Source: Sediminispirochaeta sp.
GTDB lineage: Bacteria; Spirochaetota; Spirochaetia; B11-G9
Length of the DNA stretch: 64,000 nt
Assembly: GCA_024763455.1 (NCBI GenBank)
Contig: JANTFL010000001.1
Location: 26,678-90,677 of the forward strand
Direction: 5' to 3'
A program made the translations under genes and the position numbers. Shown here piece by piece: positions 1 through 7,613 of this stretch (position 1 is its first letter; the number at the start of each line of letters is the position of its first letter). The notes beneath the pieces are model-generated. The model had not been told where the DNA came from. It saw only the letters and a program-made list of their open reading frames with translations, and did no database searches.

Positions 1-27
1 CTTTAAAAGAGAGTAACGGAGGTACGT

Positions 28-876
28 ATGATTCGCGGTTTGTATACCGGTGCAAGCGGAATGGTAGCACAGATGCACCGTATGGATGCCCTTGCCAACA
101 ACATAGCCAATGTGGATGTAACGGGGTATAAAAAGGACACATCTGTAAGCAAGGCTTTCCCGCAGATGCTGTTACGTAGGATGAACGATGACGGGCTGTA
201 CAAGTTCCCCTTTGGAAGTATTGATGTTGCCCCTGTTATAGGAACCCTGGGAACAGGGGTAGAGTACAACGAATCCTACACTATCTTCAGCCAGGGGGCC
301 ATGAAACAGACTGAAAACCCCTTTGATGTTGCCCTTGACGGGAAAGGATTCTTCTCGGTAGATGTTGACGGTAAGGAAAAATACACCAGAAATGGTTCTT
401 TCCTGATTAACAGCAGCGGTGTTCTGGTAACTAAAGAGGGGCATCCCGTCCTTGGAGAAAAGGGAATTATACAGTTAAAGAAGAATAACTTCGTTATAGA
501 TGAAAAGGGAAATGTTTATCAAAACGCAGCTTTTGCAGATGATCCCGGAAGACTGGTTTCTATGAGGGAAAACGAATGGGATCAGTTGGAACTTGTGGAT
601 AAACTAAAAATTGTTGATTTTAAACGGCCACGGTATCTCAAAAAAGAAGGAAGCAGTTTCTGGAAGGATACTGAGGAATCAGGCAAGGCTGCCATAACAG
701 ATACAGGAAATGAAACGAAGGTTCTTCAGGGGTTTCTGGAAAGCAGCAATGTTAATCCGGTTACCGAGATGGTTGCAATGATTCAGGTGAACAGAGCTTA
801 TGAGGCAAATCAAAAGGTAATTCAGACCCAGGATTCATTAACCGGAAGAATACTGAATGACGTACTGAGAGTTTAA
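28..876 (+). CDS. flgF: flagellar basal-body rod protein (FlgF/FlgG family, likely FlgF)
   Basis: 282 aa. It has the N-terminal rod motif MIRGLYTGASGM..NNIANVDVTGYKK and the C-terminal rod helix NPVTEMVAMIQVNRAYEANQKVIQ. GGAGG lies 5 nt upstream of the ATG, and the gene sits immediately upstream of flgG. Confidence 0.8.
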   Translation: MIRGLYTGASGMVAQMHRMDALANNIANVDVTGYKKDTSVSKAFPQMLLRRMNDDGLYKFPFGSIDVAPVIGTLGTGVEYNESYTIFSQGAMKQTENPFDVALDGKGFFSVDVDGKEKYTRNGSFLINSSGVLVTKEGHPVLGEKGIIQLKKNNFVIDEKGNVYQNAAFADDPGRLVSMRENEWDQLELVDKLKIVDFKRPRYLKKEGSSFWKDTEESGKAAITDTGNETKVLQGFLESSNVNPVTEMVAMIQVNRAYEANQKVIQTQDSLTGRILNDVLRV

Positions 877-893
877 GAAGGAGAGTTAGTCGT

Positions 894-1688
894 ATGATGA
901 GATCACTATGGACTGCAGCATCGGGAATGACCGGACAGCAGTTTAACATAGATACAATTTCGAACAACCTGTCAAATGTAAACACAACCGGATTCAAAAA
1001 AATGAGAGCCGATTTCGAAGACCTTATTTACCAGACTTCCAGGATTGCGGGTACTCCTGCTACTGAATTGACAACGGTTCCCACAGGGATACAGGTTGGT
1101 CACGGTGTAAAGGTAGCTGCTACTCAAAAGGTGTTTACCCAGGGAGCGCTGCAGAGTACCGGAAACATTGCAGACCTTGCAATTCAGGGAGAAGGATTTT
1201 TTAGAGTACTGCTTCTTGACGGAAGTTACGGTTATACAAGGGACGGTTCTTTCAAAATTGATTCAAACGGACAGATTGTAAACTCCAATGGTTACCGGCT
1301 TATGCCGGAAGTCACTCTGCCGGAGAACTTTGTTAGAGAAAGCCTGGCAATTTCCCAGGACGGCAGGGTTACGGTTAAGGTTGCCGGTAATGATAACCCG
1401 ATTCAGGTAGCGCAGCTGGAACTTTACCGCTTTGTAAATCCTGCAGGGCTTCAGTCGATAGGCCAGAACAATTTTAAGGTAACCAATGGTTCAGGACCTG
1501 CAATCGGCGGGAGACCGGGATTTGACGGAATGGGTCTTGTAAACCAGAAATTCCTTGAGATGTCAAATGTTTCCGTTGTTTCAGAAATGGTAAACATGAT
1601 TGTAGCCCAACGGGCTTATGAGCTTAATTCCAAGGCTATTCAGACCTCTGATACAATGCTTGGAATAGCAAACAATCTAAAGCGGTAA
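894..1688 (+). CDS. flgG: flagellar basal-body distal rod protein FlgG
   Basis: 264 aa. MMRSLWTAASGMTGQQ..ISNNLSNVNTTGFKK at the N-terminus and SNVSVVSEMVNMIVAQRAYELNSKAIQT at the C-terminus are the canonical FlgG signatures. The length is typical. Confidence 0.9.
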   Translation: MMRSLWTAASGMTGQQFNIDTISNNLSNVNTTGFKKMRADFEDLIYQTSRIAGTPATELTTVPTGIQVGHGVKVAATQKVFTQGALQSTGNIADLAIQGEGFFRVLLLDGSYGYTRDGSFKIDSNGQIVNSNGYRLMPEVTLPENFVRESLAISQDGRVTVKVAGNDNPIQVAQLELYRFVNPAGLQSIGQNNFKVTNGSGPAIGGRPGFDGMGLVNQKFLEMSNVSVVSEMVNMIVAQRAYELNSKAIQTSDTMLGIANNLKR

Positions 1689-1700
1689 AGGAAGTGATGG

Positions 1701-2018
1701 ATGAACAGTATTGATTCACTTTACAGTCTTAATATTCAAAACAGCAGTATCGGAAAGACACAAGATATGAAAAACAGCCTCCGGAGCAGCAATGACCGGA
1801 GGCTGAAGGATGCATGCAGCGACTTCGAAGCACTGTTTATCAAACAAATGCTTGATTCCATGCGAAAAACAGTAGATAAAAGCGGATTACTGGACGGTGG
1901 AATGGCTGAAAATATCTTTCAGGATATGCTTTATGATAAATATGCAGAAAAAATGAGTAAAACTGGAAATTTTGGAATAAAAGATATACTTTATAAACAG
2001 TTAAAAAGTGTCTATTAA
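1701..2018 (+). CDS. flagellar rod-binding protein (FlgJ N-terminal-domain-like, no muramidase domain)
   Basis: 105 aa. DACSDFEALFIKQMLDSMRKT..FQDMLYDKYAEKMS fits the rod-binding domain pattern. The gene follows flgG. Confidence 0.7.
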   Translation: MNSIDSLYSLNIQNSSIGKTQDMKNSLRSSNDRRLKDACSDFEALFIKQMLDSMRKTVDKSGLLDGGMAENIFQDMLYDKYAEKMSKTGNFGIKDILYKQLKSVY

Positions 2019-2108
2019 ACTATACAAAATTCTGATCCAATCTCTTATGAATTATATAATTACTTACAATGTAAATAAATAGATATTTAATTGGTAAAAT
2101 GATGTTTT

Positions 2109-2125
2109 TGGCATGAAACTTGCAT
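2109..2125 (+). promoter_or_regulatory. candidate sigma54 (RpoN) -24/-12 promoter
   Basis: TGGCAT-gaaac-TTGCAT has one mismatch to TGGCAC-N5-TTGCA, with GG and GC exactly 10 nt apart. It ends 20 nt before the ATG at 2146 of the sigma factor gene. Confidence 0.5.
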
Positions 2126-2145
2126 GTTATTATGCAGGAGCTGTT

Positions 2146-2982
2146 ATGAAAAGAAATATAGAGAACGAAGAAAGTGCACTGAAAACATATTTTAACCAGA
2201 TTCAGAATACGCCCCTGCTAAGTTTTGAAGAAGAGCTTGAGCTTTCACGTAAGATCCAGAAGGGTGATGAGACTGCCAGGCAGCAGCTTGTCAAGGCTAA
2301 TTTAAGACTTGTTGTCAAGATTGCAAAAGCCTATACAACGGCAGATTACAGTTTTCTTGATATCATTCAGGAAGGTAATCTGGGGCTTATAAAAGCCGCA
2401 TCCCGGTATGATTATAAAAAAAATGTGCGGTTTTCAACCTATGCAGCATGGTGGATAAAACAATCAATAGTCCGGGCTTTATCAAAAAAGAAACGACCTA
2501 TACGCCTTCCGCACCGAAAAGAAGAGCTTTTAAAAAGGATTCAAAGAACATATTACGTTCTGAATCAAGAGCTTTCTAGAAAACCATCAGTTGAAGAGAT
2601 TGCAGAAGAGTTACAAGAAAAACCGGAGGATGTTGCGGCCCTCTTAAACTCCTCGACCCCCCTTTATTCTTTGGACAGTACCTTAAATGAGGATTCTTCA
2701 ACTCTCATGGATATGTACGAAGATACTACCTTCGATCCGGATGAGATGCTTATGAAGAAATGTTTTAAGGAAGAAACCATGCATTTCCTTGAACATCTCC
2801 TGGAAAAAGAGAAACAGATACTTATGTACCGGTTTTCCTTTTACGGAGGTAAGAAGTACACTCTTAAAGTAATTGGAGAGGAGATGGGCATCTCACCGGA
2901 AACAGTCAGGCAGATTGAGATGCGGGCTATCAGGAAGCTGAAAGACCATGCCAATGAGCTTAAAGATTTCATTTACAACTGA
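2146..2982 (+). CDS. RNA polymerase sigma factor, sigma70 family (group-2, RpoS/RpoD-like)
   Basis: Regions 2 to 4 are recognisable: ANLRLVVKIAKAY, DIIQEGNLGLIKAASRYD, FSTYAAWWIKQSIVRAL, and the C-terminal HTH LKVIGEEMGISPETVRQIEMRAIRKLK. I moved the start from the track ATG at 2113 to the ATG at 2146, which has AGGAG 5 nt upstream. Confidence 0.85.
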   Translation: MKRNIENEESALKTYFNQIQNTPLLSFEEELELSRKIQKGDETARQQLVKANLRLVVKIAKAYTTADYSFLDIIQEGNLGLIKAASRYDYKKNVRFSTYAAWWIKQSIVRALSKKKRPIRLPHRKEELLKRIQRTYYVLNQELSRKPSVEEIAEELQEKPEDVAALLNSSTPLYSLDSTLNEDSSTLMDMYEDTTFDPDEMLMKKCFKEETMHFLEHLLEKEKQILMYRFSFYGGKKYTLKVIGEEMGISPETVRQIEMRAIRKLKDHANELKDFIYN

Positions 2983-3026
2983 TAGAGTGTTGACCAAGAG
3001 TATAAATAATACTATTTTCTACTTCA

Positions 3027-3935
3027 GTGAAGAAAGGTAACGGAAAACTACTACTTGTATATATTCTTCTTGGGGTAATCGCAGCTGCCCTCTTGCTGAC
3101 CCTTGTTATACTACCGCCGGGGGCAATACAGGGAACGGCAGAAAGGGAAACAGAAAAAAGAGAGATAGAGAACGCGGAAGTAAAACCTCCGGAGCATCTG
3201 CCTGAGAGTCAGCCCGGGAAAGAGATCGTTAAAAAACCGCCGGCAAAAGGGCATCTTATCTTTGTAATCGATGATGTCGGAAACAATCTTTTTCAGTTGA
3301 AACCCTTTCTTGATCTCCCTTTTAAAATAACTTTTGCTATTTTACCCGGGCTGCCCTATACTGAAGAAGCTGCTGCGATGATCCATAAGGCAGGGAAGGA
3401 ATATATTCTTCACCAGCCTATGGATGCTGTCAATGGAGGTGATACAGGACCCGGAGCCATTCATACAGGGATGTCATTAGACGAGGTAAGGCATAGTGTT
3501 ACCGTAAATCTTGCACCCCTCCCTTATGCTCAGGGAATTAACAATCACATGGGTTCGGCCGGGACGGCAGACAAGGATTTAATGGTTTCGTTGTTTACAG
3601 TTTTAAAGGAAAAGGGTATGTTCTTTCTTGACAGCCGAACAACATCAAATAGTGTCGGGGCAGAGGTTGCCGCCCAGATAGGGCTTCCGTTTGCTGAAAG
3701 GAGTGTTTTTCTGGACAACAATAAAGAGAAAAAAGCGATAGAAGAATCCATTGAGAAGGGTGTTGATATTTCTGAAAAGAAAGGACATGCGGTTATGATA
3801 GGTCATATCTGGTCTGCAGAACTTGCAGAGGTTCTTCTTGAAATGTATCCAGCACTACTGGAGGATAATTACACTTTGAATAATCTTACTGAGCTTTTTA
3901 TGGGATATAAGGACGATGAAGATACTTGGTATTGA
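3027..3935 (+). CDS. divergent polysaccharide deacetylase family protein (YibQ-like), N-terminal membrane anchor
   Basis: 302 aa with a GTG start. It has an N-terminal TM helix followed by LIFVIDDVGNN..FAILPGLPYTEEAA..HQPMD..NNHMGS, the pattern of the YibQ/DUF610 family. Confidence 0.7.
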   Translation: MKKGNGKLLLVYILLGVIAAALLLTLVILPPGAIQGTAERETEKREIENAEVKPPEHLPESQPGKEIVKKPPAKGHLIFVIDDVGNNLFQLKPFLDLPFKITFAILPGLPYTEEAAAMIHKAGKEYILHQPMDAVNGGDTGPGAIHTGMSLDEVRHSVTVNLAPLPYAQGINNHMGSAGTADKDLMVSLFTVLKEKGMFFLDSRTTSNSVGAEVAAQIGLPFAERSVFLDNNKEKKAIEESIEKGVDISEKKGHAVMIGHIWSAELAEVLLEMYPALLEDNYTLNNLTELFMGYKDDEDTWY

Positions 3936-4929
3936 AAGCTCTTGTGATGAGTGTTCCGCCTCTGTTGTAGAAGATGGAAAAAAAATTTTAAGCAATGTAA
4001 TTGCTACTCAGATAGACTTTCACCGGGAGTACAATGGTGTCGTTCCTGAAATAGCATCGCGGCTGCATACTGAATGGATACTGTCTGTCGTGCGAGAAGC
4101 ACTTGAGAAAAGCCATTTGGCCCTTGGGGATATAGACGGTATTGCAGTAACTGCCAGACCGGGATTAGTCGGTTCACTTCTTGTCGGGGTTAGTTTCGCA
4201 AAAGGGATTGCTCTCTCTCTGGACAAACCATTAATTGGCGTTGACCATATAAGGGCTCATCTATACGCTCCTCATCTGGAGTATGATATTGAATATCCCT
4301 ATCTGGGGCTGCTTGTGTCAGGGGGACATACCGTGATAAGCAGAGTTGATGGGTTTGATACTATAGCTGTAATGGGGACCACCATCGACGATGCCTGTGG
4401 AGAAGCTTTCGATAAGGTTGCAAAGTTTTATAAGCTTGGGTATCCCGGAGGGGTGGCAATTGATAATCTATCCTCCAGGGGTGATCCGGAGGCCTTCGCC
4501 TTCCCGGACCCTTCGTTGCACAAAGGTGATCACCGGTATGACGTATCATATTCAGGTTTAAAAACAGCTGTAATCAATCAACTGGATCAATTCTGGAACG
4601 GCAAAAGTGAAAAGAGTAATGAGAACATTGCTGCGAGTTTTCAGAAAGCTGCAGTCGGCATGCTTATAAAAAGAGTTAAACGGGCTGTAGAAGACACGGG
4701 GATTACAACTGTTGTTGCCGGAGGCGGAGTTGTTGCCAATTCGTTACTACGGTCTGAGCTTAAAAATATCAAAGACGTCAAGGTGATTGTTCCTTCAATC
4801 AGCTTGTGTACCGATAACGGAGCCATGATTGCCGGGCTTGGTTATCATTACCTGAGTACAGGGATTACATCAGACCTTTCGTTAAACGCTTCTGCCAGGG
4901 TTCAGGCCTTCAGAAAGAAATATCCTTAA
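3916..4929 (+). CDS. tsaD: tRNA N6-adenosine threonylcarbamoyltransferase TsaD
   Basis: 337 aa. MKILGIESSCDECSASVV, the HIRAHLYAP metal-site region and GGGVVANSLLR are characteristic of Kae1/TsaD. Confidence 0.9.
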   Translation: MKILGIESSCDECSASVVEDGKKILSNVIATQIDFHREYNGVVPEIASRLHTEWILSVVREALEKSHLALGDIDGIAVTARPGLVGSLLVGVSFAKGIALSLDKPLIGVDHIRAHLYAPHLEYDIEYPYLGLLVSGGHTVISRVDGFDTIAVMGTTIDDACGEAFDKVAKFYKLGYPGGVAIDNLSSRGDPEAFAFPDPSLHKGDHRYDVSYSGLKTAVINQLDQFWNGKSEKSNENIAASFQKAAVGMLIKRVKRAVEDTGITTVVAGGGVVANSLLRSELKNIKDVKVIVPSISLCTDNGAMIAGLGYHYLSTGITSDLSLNASARVQAFRKKYP

Positions 4930-4937
4930 TAACTCTA

Positions 4938-4966
4938 TTGACAAAATGATAGGGTTTTTGTACATT
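4938..4966 (+). promoter_or_regulatory. sigma70-type promoter of the tRNA-Gln/tRNA-Glu pair
   Basis: TTGACA (4938-4943), a 17 nt spacer and TACATT (4961-4966). The tRNA 5' end lies 17 nt downstream. Confidence 0.5.
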
Positions 4967-4983
4967 ACCACGGTAACATTCTC

Positions 4984-5055
4984 TGGCCTATTGTGTAATT
5001 GGTAGCACAGCGGATTCTGGTTCCGTCAGTGAGGGTTCAAGTCCTTCTAGGCCAG
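4984..5055 (+). tRNA. tRNA-Gln (anticodon CUG)
   Basis: Hand-folded cloverleaf: acceptor TGGCCTA/TAGGCCA, anticodon arm GCGGA-TTCTGGT-TCCGT, T arm GAGGG-TTCAAGT-CCTTC. It resembles the E. coli tRNA-Gln2 layout. No CCA is encoded. Confidence 0.85.
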
Positions 5056-5061
5056 CTGCTT

Positions 5062-5133
5062 GGTCCCTTCGTCTATCGGCTAGGATGGAAGATTCTCAGT
5101 CTTCAGAGAGGGGTTCGATTCCCCTAGGGACTA
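5062..5133 (+). tRNA. tRNA-Glu (anticodon CUC)
   Basis: Acceptor GGTCCCT/AGGGACT (G1:U72 wobble), anticodon arm GAAGA-TTCTCAG-TCTTC, T arm AGGGG-TTCGATT-CCCCT. No CCA is encoded. Confidence 0.85.
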
Positions 5134-5134
5134 G

Positions 5135-5170
5135 AACGGCCTTTCTTGTGATTGGCCGTTTTTCTTTTTT
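5135..5170 (+). terminator. candidate intrinsic terminator after the tRNA pair
   Basis: 7 bp stem AACGGCC/GGCCGTT with a 12 nt loop, followed by the T-rich run TTTCTTTTTT. Confidence 0.45.
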
Positions 5171-5180
5171 ATGATATACT
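5152..5180 (+). promoter_or_regulatory. sigma70-type promoter positioned for a leaderless transcript of the 5189 gene
   Basis: TTGGCC (5152-5157), a 17 nt spacer and TATACT (5175-5180), then 8 nt to the ATG at 5189. No Shine-Dalgarno sequence lies in between. Confidence 0.45.
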
Positions 5181-5188
5181 CTTAAATA

Positions 5189-6892
5189 ATGAACAATTCC
5201 GTATTTGACAAACTAATTTCCGGTCTCACAGTGGAAGAGCGGATGAAAATGGCGGAGAAGATGAAAATCTCTTCCGTAATAACCAGTGAACCGCTTGTTG
5301 TAGAAGACGAAACAGCAGCTTTAGATTATTCAACCTATGTTCATAATCTGTCTATTATTGAAAGGCTGATAATTTTTCTAAAATCCCTCTTTTCCTCAAA
5401 CGAGTATGAAAAAGTTCTGGGTGATCATTTAATCAGTAAACTTGGTAAGAATGTGGAACGGAAAAGCCCCGGCATCATGCATTACCATGAAAGAGAGTTT
5501 ACCCAGGGGTTTTATGTCGAAATAGTAAATTTCAGAGATTCACTTTTAGATCTGAAGGAATATATCTGTACTACCCTTGAAATAAACAAGATGGATTTTC
5601 TTGCATTCCTTGGTGGATGGTTTCTTCCGCAAATTCATCAGCGGTTTATCAGTGAAACTGATCCCTGGGCGCTCAGTAAGGAAAATGATGAGCTTCTAAA
5701 TTTCGAGATCCGCAGGGAACTGGAATTCCGTCTGGAAGATATTCTGAGCTCTGTTTCAGAAGATGAGCGGAGGATGATGTACCGTTACTCCCGTTCTCTT
5801 CATATACTCAATACGCTCTTAAAGTTCGACTTTAATCATATCCTGGATGCTTTTGGACCTTCCGGGACAAAACAGGGAAAGGTCTGCAGATTTTCAGATA
5901 TCAGGAACAGTTTGAAAGAACTGGACAATATACTGTACAGCTTCAGGTTCCCACCGGAGCAGGATCTATTCAGGGCAGTATACTATTACTACAGGATTAA
6001 AGAAAACCAGGATCCTGAGGATGTTGATAAAGTGAGAGAGTTTCTCGAAACAGCTGAACAGACCATGAAAAGCATACGGTTATTCAACAAAAAGATACCT
6101 ATGGACACTATTCTTAAAATTGTTTACAGAAACATCAGTTATAATCCCACTGAAATAAGCGGGGGAGAAGACTGGTTTGCTCTGTATAAAAAGTTTTGGT
6201 ATAAAAAATTTGAAGTCTCCATGCTTACATTTACCTTGGAGAATAAAAAGAAAGAGCTGCTGGCCGAAAACAAAGAACGACTGAAGGTAGATAAGATTCA
6301 GTACCTTACCTATTACCGAAACAGGATCTGGGGGAATGACCTTTCGATACGGTATGAAGAATCAACTGCAATTCTTTATACTTTTTTGTTAACCATGTAC
6401 ACTCGTGAGATCCTTCCAACTTTGAAACTTATTCTTGAGGATGGCAAGTTTTATAAGAAACAGAACCAGCAGGAATTCACTTCATCATACACATCAATTA
6501 TACAAACTCTGGAAAGATTAAAGTTTCTTGACTCCTCACTTGCACCGGGAGGCGAGTATGCTCTGGAGATTGAGTCAATCAAGGAGGGTGAAGAGGGTGA
6601 TCTGGAGAAGATCGACAGAATACGGAAATTGTTTCTGAGAATAGATGAAAAGGTGGAATCGATAATAATGGACTTTGTCTCATCCTTAAATCTTATGAGC
6701 AGACTCCTTAAAGGGATAACTCATGGAGATGTGGGCGGACCCTACGATACCCTTTCAAACCTCGGGTATATAGGCAAAGGTAAAAATAATGATCTACTGT
6801 CCCTTCTGATTCAGATCTGCTACACCCTGGACGGGTTCCTTGAAAATTTTACTGCCTTGTACGATGTCGAGAAGAGCAGTGCTGCAGAATAG
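5189..6892 (+). CDS. hypothetical protein, paralogue of the 52619-54367 product
   Basis: 567 aa long ORF. It shares collinear motifs with the 582 aa protein at 52619: VFDKLISGLTVEER vs VFHDLSKGLTQNER, FNKKIPMDTILKIVYRN vs FSDKIPLSDLIRYFKKN, and LDSSLAPGGE vs FDDSLSPDSE. I recognise no catalytic motif. Confidence 0.6.
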   Translation: MNNSVFDKLISGLTVEERMKMAEKMKISSVITSEPLVVEDETAALDYSTYVHNLSIIERLIIFLKSLFSSNEYEKVLGDHLISKLGKNVERKSPGIMHYHEREFTQGFYVEIVNFRDSLLDLKEYICTTLEINKMDFLAFLGGWFLPQIHQRFISETDPWALSKENDELLNFEIRRELEFRLEDILSSVSEDERRMMYRYSRSLHILNTLLKFDFNHILDAFGPSGTKQGKVCRFSDIRNSLKELDNILYSFRFPPEQDLFRAVYYYYRIKENQDPEDVDKVREFLETAEQTMKSIRLFNKKIPMDTILKIVYRNISYNPTEISGGEDWFALYKKFWYKKFEVSMLTFTLENKKKELLAENKERLKVDKIQYLTYYRNRIWGNDLSIRYEESTAILYTFLLTMYTREILPTLKLILEDGKFYKKQNQQEFTSSYTSIIQTLERLKFLDSSLAPGGEYALEIESIKEGEEGDLEKIDRIRKLFLRIDEKVESIIMDFVSSLNLMSRLLKGITHGDVGGPYDTLSNLGYIGKGKNNDLLSLLIQICYTLDGFLENFTALYDVEKSSAAE

Positions 6893-6899
6893 AGAGGAT

Positions 6900-7589
6900 A
6901 TGCTCATCTTTAGCCCCCCCATCGACGGTCCAGACATCCTGATCAGTTTAAAAAAAGCAGGGAATATGGCCTATCGGGAGAATGGGATAACTCCTGAACG
7001 GCTAAATTTCTATGCTTCAATCGGGATAGATTCTGAAAGAGTTGTCAGTTGCCGTCAGATCCATTCCCGGAATATATTTCTGGTGGATAATCATCCGGAA
7101 GAAGAGCTACAGGGGGATGGCCTGATTACAGGAAATAAAAACCTTATACTCTGCGCTACTGCTGCTGATTGTATGCCGGTTTATTTATTTGACAGAAATA
7201 GCGGAAGTTTTGGAATTGTTCATTCTGGTTGGAAGGGGACCGGGATTGCAGCCGATGCGGTAAAAATATTCACGGAAAAAATGAATTCCCATAGAGATGA
7301 TCTGGTGGCGGTCATGGGTCCTTCTGCCGGGGTATGCTGCTACGAGGTGGATGAAGAACGATACCATATTTTTCGGAGAAAATGGGGAGCTGAAAGCGTT
7401 GATAAGAGGGATGGATCCTACTATATTGATTTGCCTTCGGCGAACAGGCATATTCTGGAGAGTACAGGATGTAAAAACATTTACAGTTTTCACGAGTGTA
7501 CAATCTGTAATGACATATACGGTTCATTCCGGAGGGAGGGGCCCGGCAGTTTTACCCTGATGCTTGCAATGATCGGTTATTTTAGATAA
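6900..7589 (+). CDS. pgeF: peptidoglycan editing factor PgeF / YfiH-family (laccase-domain) protein
   Basis: It carries CRQIHS, AADCMPVYLFD, GIVHSGWKGT and ECTICN..YGSFRREG motifs. I moved the start to the ATG at 6900, the first ATG after the upstream stop; the track start at 6840 overlaps the previous gene by 53 nt. Confidence 0.8.
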   Translation: MLIFSPPIDGPDILISLKKAGNMAYRENGITPERLNFYASIGIDSERVVSCRQIHSRNIFLVDNHPEEELQGDGLITGNKNLILCATAADCMPVYLFDRNSGSFGIVHSGWKGTGIAADAVKIFTEKMNSHRDDLVAVMGPSAGVCCYEVDEERYHIFRRKWGAESVDKRDGSYYIDLPSANRHILESTGCKNIYSFHECTICNDIYGSFRREGPGSFTLMLAMIGYFR

Positions 7590-7613
7590 TCTTGGACTTC
7601 CGAGGAGAATGTA

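Noticed and set aside
1-27. A possible 3' end of an upstream gene (TAA at 4-6 in frame 1) at the left edge.
   Set aside because: Only two codons are visible, so nothing can be supported.
2064-2074. A perfect palindrome TTACA-A-TGTAA 35 nt upstream of the sigma54-like element, considered as a possible operator or enhancer site.
   Set aside because: An 11 bp AT-rich palindrome in an AT-rich intergenic region is expected by chance. It does not match any binding motif I can name with confidence.
2113-2145. The track start codon at 2113 for the sigma factor (MKLACYYAGAV extension).
   Set aside because: The ATG lies inside the TGGCAT-N5-TTGCAT element and has no SD, whereas the ATG at 2146 has AGGAG at 5 nt. 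I kept 2146, but the 2113 start cannot be excluded without TSS data.
4930-5190. tRNA-flanked regions (also 16083-16230 and 58173-58482), checked as possible integration sites for mobile elements.
   Set aside because: There is no integrase, no direct repeat of a tRNA 3' end, and no compositional break visible by eye. The flanking genes are housekeeping.
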